From Klebsormidium nitens (taxonomy: Eukaryota; Plantae; Klebsormidiophyceae): a stretch of 50,092 bases of DNA. The notes below the pieces were generated by a model. It saw only the letters and a program-made list of their open reading frames with translations, did not search any database and was not told the DNA's origin. The stretch spans positions 1 through 50,092 of the forward strand of contig DF237593.1 of NCBI GenBank assembly GCA_000708835.1, in the 5' to 3' direction. Positions within the stretch are counted from its first letter, which is position 1. Each line of letters opens with the position of its first letter. A program made the translations under genes and the position numbers. Positions 47,201-50,092 of this stretch are shown in pieces.

Positions 47201-50075
47201 TCTGGGACACGTGATTGACGCCGCAGGCTGCCGCCCAGACCCTGATAAGATCAAGTGGGTGAAAGAATTCCGCCCTCCAAGGAACATTACCTTGCTCCGT
47301 GCCTTTCTCGGACTCTGCGGTTACTACCGCCGCTACGTGGCCAACTTCTCTACCAAGGCCGCCCCTCTTACAGCCTTGCTGCGGAAAAACACTCCCTTTG
47401 TCTGGGGCCCTGAACAACAGGAGGCTTTTGAGCTGCTCAAATGGCACCTCACGAACCCTCCCACCCTCGCCCGCCCCGACTTTCTTCGGCCGTTCATCTT
47501 GAAGACCGACTACTCTGGCGTTGGCATTGGAGCTATTCTCGCCCAACACGATGAGGCGTCCGCCGAACACGTCATTGCCTACGCCAGTAAGGCGCTGACC
47601 CCCGCTGAACGCAACTACTCCGTCACCGAAGGCGAATGCCTGGCGGTTGTCTGGGGCATCAAGTACTTCCGCCCCTACTTACATGGTACCCGCTTTACCC
47701 TGGTCACCGACCACCACTCGCTACAGTGGCTCATGAAGAGCCGCGACTTGAACTCCCGGCTCATGCGCTGGTCGCTCAAGCTGCAGGAATACACATTCGA
47801 CATTGAATACCGGCCAGGCCCCCGTCATGCTGACGTGGACGCACTCAGCCGTATTCCGCCCAACCCAAACCCTGATGCCCTCCCTGAACTTTGCGCCTTC
47901 ATGGCTGGAGACGAGGGCGTCTCCCCTCTTAGGGTGGAGGAAAGCAACGCAGGGGAGTACGACGACTTGCCCAGCGAGACTCCTGAGACACGCACCGTAC
48001 CGAGGCACATCCGGTTCGACTCGTCGGATTCTGAGGACGAACCCCAAGAAGGAGACGACGATCCACACATGGAGCAGACAGAGGGCTCCGGAGACATGAA
48101 CATAACCCGTCCAAGACTCGCAGACATCATGGACGATCACTATGTGGTCGATTTCCTACGAGACGGAACGATCCCCACCGTCCTCTCCTCCAAAGAACGC
48201 AGACGTGTTATGAAGCGAGCGAAGAGCTTTGTAATGGAGAACGGAACGCTCCGAACTCGCCCAACCACAAAGCACCCTACCGGACGTGTCATCCCCACCC
48301 TTGAGGAGCGCAAAAGGATCCTAGAGTGGGGACATAAAGGGACGAACCACATGGGCGCCGCCAAACTCGAGAAGCTGGTAGCTGAGCAAAACTATTGGTG
48401 GAGCAACCTTCGCGCAGATTGCGTCCGCACTTGTCAGGACTGCGAGGACTGCCGCATCGCCACCACAGAATTCCGAACGCCCCGCACCGAACTTGAACCC
48501 GTGAAGGTGAAACCCGGGGTAGGCCGTGCCTGGTCCATCGATCTTATGGGCGGCTTTCCAAAAACCGAACGGGGAAATCGACTCGTTATCATCGCCGTTG
48601 AACGACTGACCCGCTGGGTTGAAGCTCGAGCCATCCCGAACAAGAAGCCACCCACCGTTGCACGGTTCATCTTGGAAGAAATCATTGCACGACACACGAT
48701 CCCAGAGGAGATTTCGACCGACCAANNNNNNNNNNNNNNNNNNNNNNNNNNNNNNNNNNNNNNNNNNNNNNNNNNNNNNNNNNNNNNNNNNNNNNNNNNN
48801 NNNNNNNNNNNNNNNNNNNNNNNNNNNNNNNNNNNNNNNNNNNNNNNNNNNNNNNNNNNNNNNNNNNNNNNNNNNNNNNNNNNNNNNNNNNNNNNNNNNN
48901 NNNNNNNNNNNNNNNNNNNNNNNNNNNNNNNNNNNNNNNNNNNNNNNNNNNNNNNNNNNNNNNNNNNNNNNNNNNNNNNNNNNNNNNNNNNNNNNNNNNN
49001 NNNNNNNNNNNNNNNNNNNNNNNNNNNNNNNNNNNNNNNNNNNNNNNNNNNNNNNNNNNNNNNNNNNNNNNNNNNNNNNNNNNNNNNNNNNNNNNNNNNN
49101 NNNNNNNNNNNNNNNNNNNNNNNNNNNNNNNNNNNNNNNNNNNNNNNNNNNNNNNNNNNNNNNNNNNNNNNNNNNNNNNNNNNNNNNNNNNNNNNNNNNN
49201 NNNNNNNNNNNNNNNNNNNNNNNNNNNNNNNNNNNNNNNNNNNNNNNNNNNNNNNNNNNNNNNNNNNNNNNNNNNNNNNNNNNNNNNNNNNNNNNNNNNN
49301 NNNNNNNNNNNNNNNNNNNNNNGGCCGCGAATTTTGGAAGGAAGTACAAGACATTCTGGAAGGATACGGCATCATGCACATCACGACTTCCGCATACCAC
49401 CCCGAGGGGAATGGCCTCTCAGAACGAACCCTACGAACACTCCTACACGGCCTGATGAAGAAGGCAGCACGTGACCCAAAGAATTGGGACCTCGTTTTCC
49501 CTCTGGTACTGATGGGCTACCGGATTAGCGTTCAGGCCAGCGTGGGGCATTGCCCCTTCAAGCTTATGCATGGGCGTGACCCCGTCCTACCTATCTCCTT
49601 CAAGGATTTTGCGCCAGAGCTCGACATCAACGAGGAGGCTGACTGGAGCCTCAACGACACCGCGGAACACCTCGTGCAGACCATGACGACCTTGGAGGAA
49701 TTACACAAAGATGCCCTGAAGAACCTTGAGAAGGCCCAGGAGAAGAACAAGCTTGACTTTAACAGGAGGCATCGCACCTTCGAACACACCAAGGATGGGG
49801 CAAACGCCCCCTTTGCCATTGGAGACTACGTACTAGCCCGAGTGGCCAAGCGAAGCAAGATCCACCCAGACGCGGATAAGGGTACCTATCGAGTTACACG
49901 CTTCACAGGCAAAGGCTGCGTGGAAGTGGAAGACGCAAAAGGAACCAAGTACTCCTACAACATGAACAACGTCGAGCTATATGCCAAGAAGGAAGACGTC
50001 GACGAGGCAGCTCTACAAGACATGCTTAGAGAGGAAGAAGCACCACGAACCGTTTTGGAGGACCAAAACATCTAG
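44214..50075 (+). CDS. Single-frame Gag-Pol polyprotein (about 1750 aa excluding the N run)
   Basis: Gag (WLRAF..YA..CDW, F.NGL), zinc knuckle CYKCGKEGHISRDC (44973-45014), protease AILDSGAS, RT YPLPRIDDLL / YQFKVMPFGLCNAP / YLDD (47061), RNase H TDYSGVGIGAIL..ERNYS.TEGEC..TDH, integrase H..H..C..C, WSIDLMG, STDQ|GREF, GNGLSER and PF.IGD.V. First ATG at 44214; the ORF track starts at GTG 44193. Confidence 0.95.
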   Translation: MDSLAALSHLQFLEYDGRKDPKDWLRAFNKYAIACDWSNDKRLNMAFVCLKGEADKWLESEEDTELWTWEEFSTKLTERFSRLRSKLNIMHDFENRKQRKDESARTFLVELRHLASKLPDKVSDDALLYRFINGLNRPLQQRVHLRMPQTLKEAEEAADYFEANEEKFANNYTESARPFNGPRRFDRPKQEEQKSGIPSPTPSRPAQAETRSQNPLQAAVDDVTKRLGDLRLLAQGSNTSAGSAGTVRRNPRICYKCGKEGHISRDCRADTAALTDTLDEEEDWAARYAAKQAQLEAEEHVNVTSMEAFSGNMYDPYMTDTAAAMKRTRGPDDEDEGPRTKRTPFPMNLPRRTDTPMPTAQTPETPTRQEPPNPAPTSAAQRYRAAQNRSNIPRTTYQGGQQYSIVNQLGATTAKIDFRTLLDISPKARNDLLRYLTAADSGQTASLSETNTVAMSNSLPTRYTVARCKVDIFNQPVEAILDSGASATLMGQMLARKHDLLDMLQPPICSFRTSSGDRDVPLGILPKFPIRVGEFDITLDVHVVRASNYDLLLGSDFFHQVGATLNYVDRSMRYRLDQNHYASIPIAFDTSTSVMYAEASPMLPEPDMAEAEPPADILPIQEEDDTVPPLISDDSDDESYYDSESDDDEAPPPLVGEDSDDDYYSDDEDFTPLPQANSSEHTECDPADDDLLDEVTEEFAATLQADYATYKLNHPPVPPPDRIRTCGEWKASITAVVNFDEIMENIRSIRRGVDLTDAQRDSLFKLLTDFEGSFQWKGRKFGFTDLVKHHIRTGNALPVKQRAYRLSQREKKVIEQAIAEMLPDDIIEPSNGPWASPPIITGKKDGGDRFCVDLRAVNNLTERDSYPLPRIDDLLDTIGKASWFSSIDLKSGYWQIALAEEDRPKTAFITPWGLYQFKVMPFGLCNAPSTFQRLMDVVLRPYIGKFCAVYLDDILIFSSTYEEHLEHVRLVLEALSAANLRIHPKKSSFALRETLFLGHVIDAAGCRPDPDKIKWVKEFRPPRNITLLRAFLGLCGYYRRYVANFSTKAAPLTALLRKNTPFVWGPEQQEAFELLKWHLTNPPTLARPDFLRPFILKTDYSGVGIGAILAQHDEASAEHVIAYASKALTPAERNYSVTEGECLAVVWGIKYFRPYLHGTRFTLVTDHHSLQWLMKSRDLNSRLMRWSLKLQEYTFDIEYRPGPRHADVDALSRIPPNPNPDALPELCAFMAGDEGVSPLRVEESNAGEYDDLPSETPETRTVPRHIRFDSSDSEDEPQEGDDDPHMEQTEGSGDMNITRPRLADIMDDHYVVDFLRDGTIPTVLSSKERRRVMKRAKSFVMENGTLRTRPTTKHPTGRVIPTLEERKRILEWGHKGTNHMGAAKLEKLVAEQNYWWSNLRADCVRTCQDCEDCRIATTEFRTPRTELEPVKVKPGVGRAWSIDLMGGFPKTERGNRLVIIAVERLTRWVEARAIPNKKPPTVARFILEEIIARHTIPEEISTDQXXXXXXXXXXXXXXXXXXXXXXXXXXXXXXXXXXXXXXXXXXXXXXXXXXXXXXXXXXXXXXXXXXXXXXXXXXXXXXXXXXXXXXXXXXXXXXXXXXXXXXXXXXXXXXXXXXXXXXXXXXXXXXXXXXXXXXXXXXXXXXXXXXXXXXXXXXXXXXXXXXXXXXXXXXXXXXXXXXXXXXXXXXXXXXXXXXXXXXXGREFWKEVQDILEGYGIMHITTSAYHPEGNGLSERTLRTLLHGLMKKAARDPKNWDLVFPLVLMGYRISVQASVGHCPFKLMHGRDPVLPISFKDFAPELDINEEADWSLNDTAEHLVQTMTTLEELHKDALKNLEKAQEKNKLDFNRRHRTFEHTKDGANAPFAIGDYVLARVAKRSKIHPDADKGTYRVTRFTGKGCVEVEDAKGTKYSYNMNNVELYAKKEDVDEAALQDMLREEEAPRTVLEDQNI
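48726..49322. other. Assembly gap (597 N) inside the integrase core
   Basis: Run of N; the flanks read TDQ and GREF. Confidence 1.
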
Positions 50076-50085
50076 GGTGGAGGAG
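50074..50085 (+). other. Putative polypurine tract of the gypsy element
   Basis: AGGGTGGAGGAG overlapping and following the pol stop codon. Confidence 0.55.
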
Positions 50086-50092
50086 TCACAGC

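Larger units (their letters stand above)
43822..50092 (+). mobile_element. Ty3/gypsy LTR retrotransposon (LTR boundaries not resolvable)
   Basis: Gag-PR-RT-RH-IN domain order, non-coding leader after the gap, purine tract after the stop codon. Confidence 0.93.

Noticed and set aside
44559-49819. Antisense and alternative-frame ORFs within the gypsy element
   Set aside because: Shadows of the polyprotein; no env-like or independent domain seen.

Overview
Eukaryotic, intron-rich genomic window with GT-AG introns and three N-gaps. Gene style suggests a streptophyte green alga such as Klebsormidium; this is inference, not proven. I built six host gene models by reading splice sites and checking frame continuity: (1) a METTL21/Methyltransf_16-type methyltransferase whose first exon carries a twin-arginine thylakoid-type signal; (2) an intronless protein with 14 C2H2 fingers and a C-terminal RING; (3) a very large (~1850 aa) TSO1/TCX (LIN54-like) CRC-domain protein; (4) a secreted 220-aa protein resembling the fungal UVI-1 family; (5) ALKBH2; (6) a plant-type nicotinamidase with an apparent ~150-aa C-terminal extension. 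Mobile DNA comprises two adjacent TA-flanked MITEs, a LINE 3' fragment, a possible decayed hAT relic, and a near-complete single-ORF Ty3/gypsy element that runs to the window end. No tRNA, rRNA or CRISPR features were seen. Family assignments come from motif recognition only; no database search was run.
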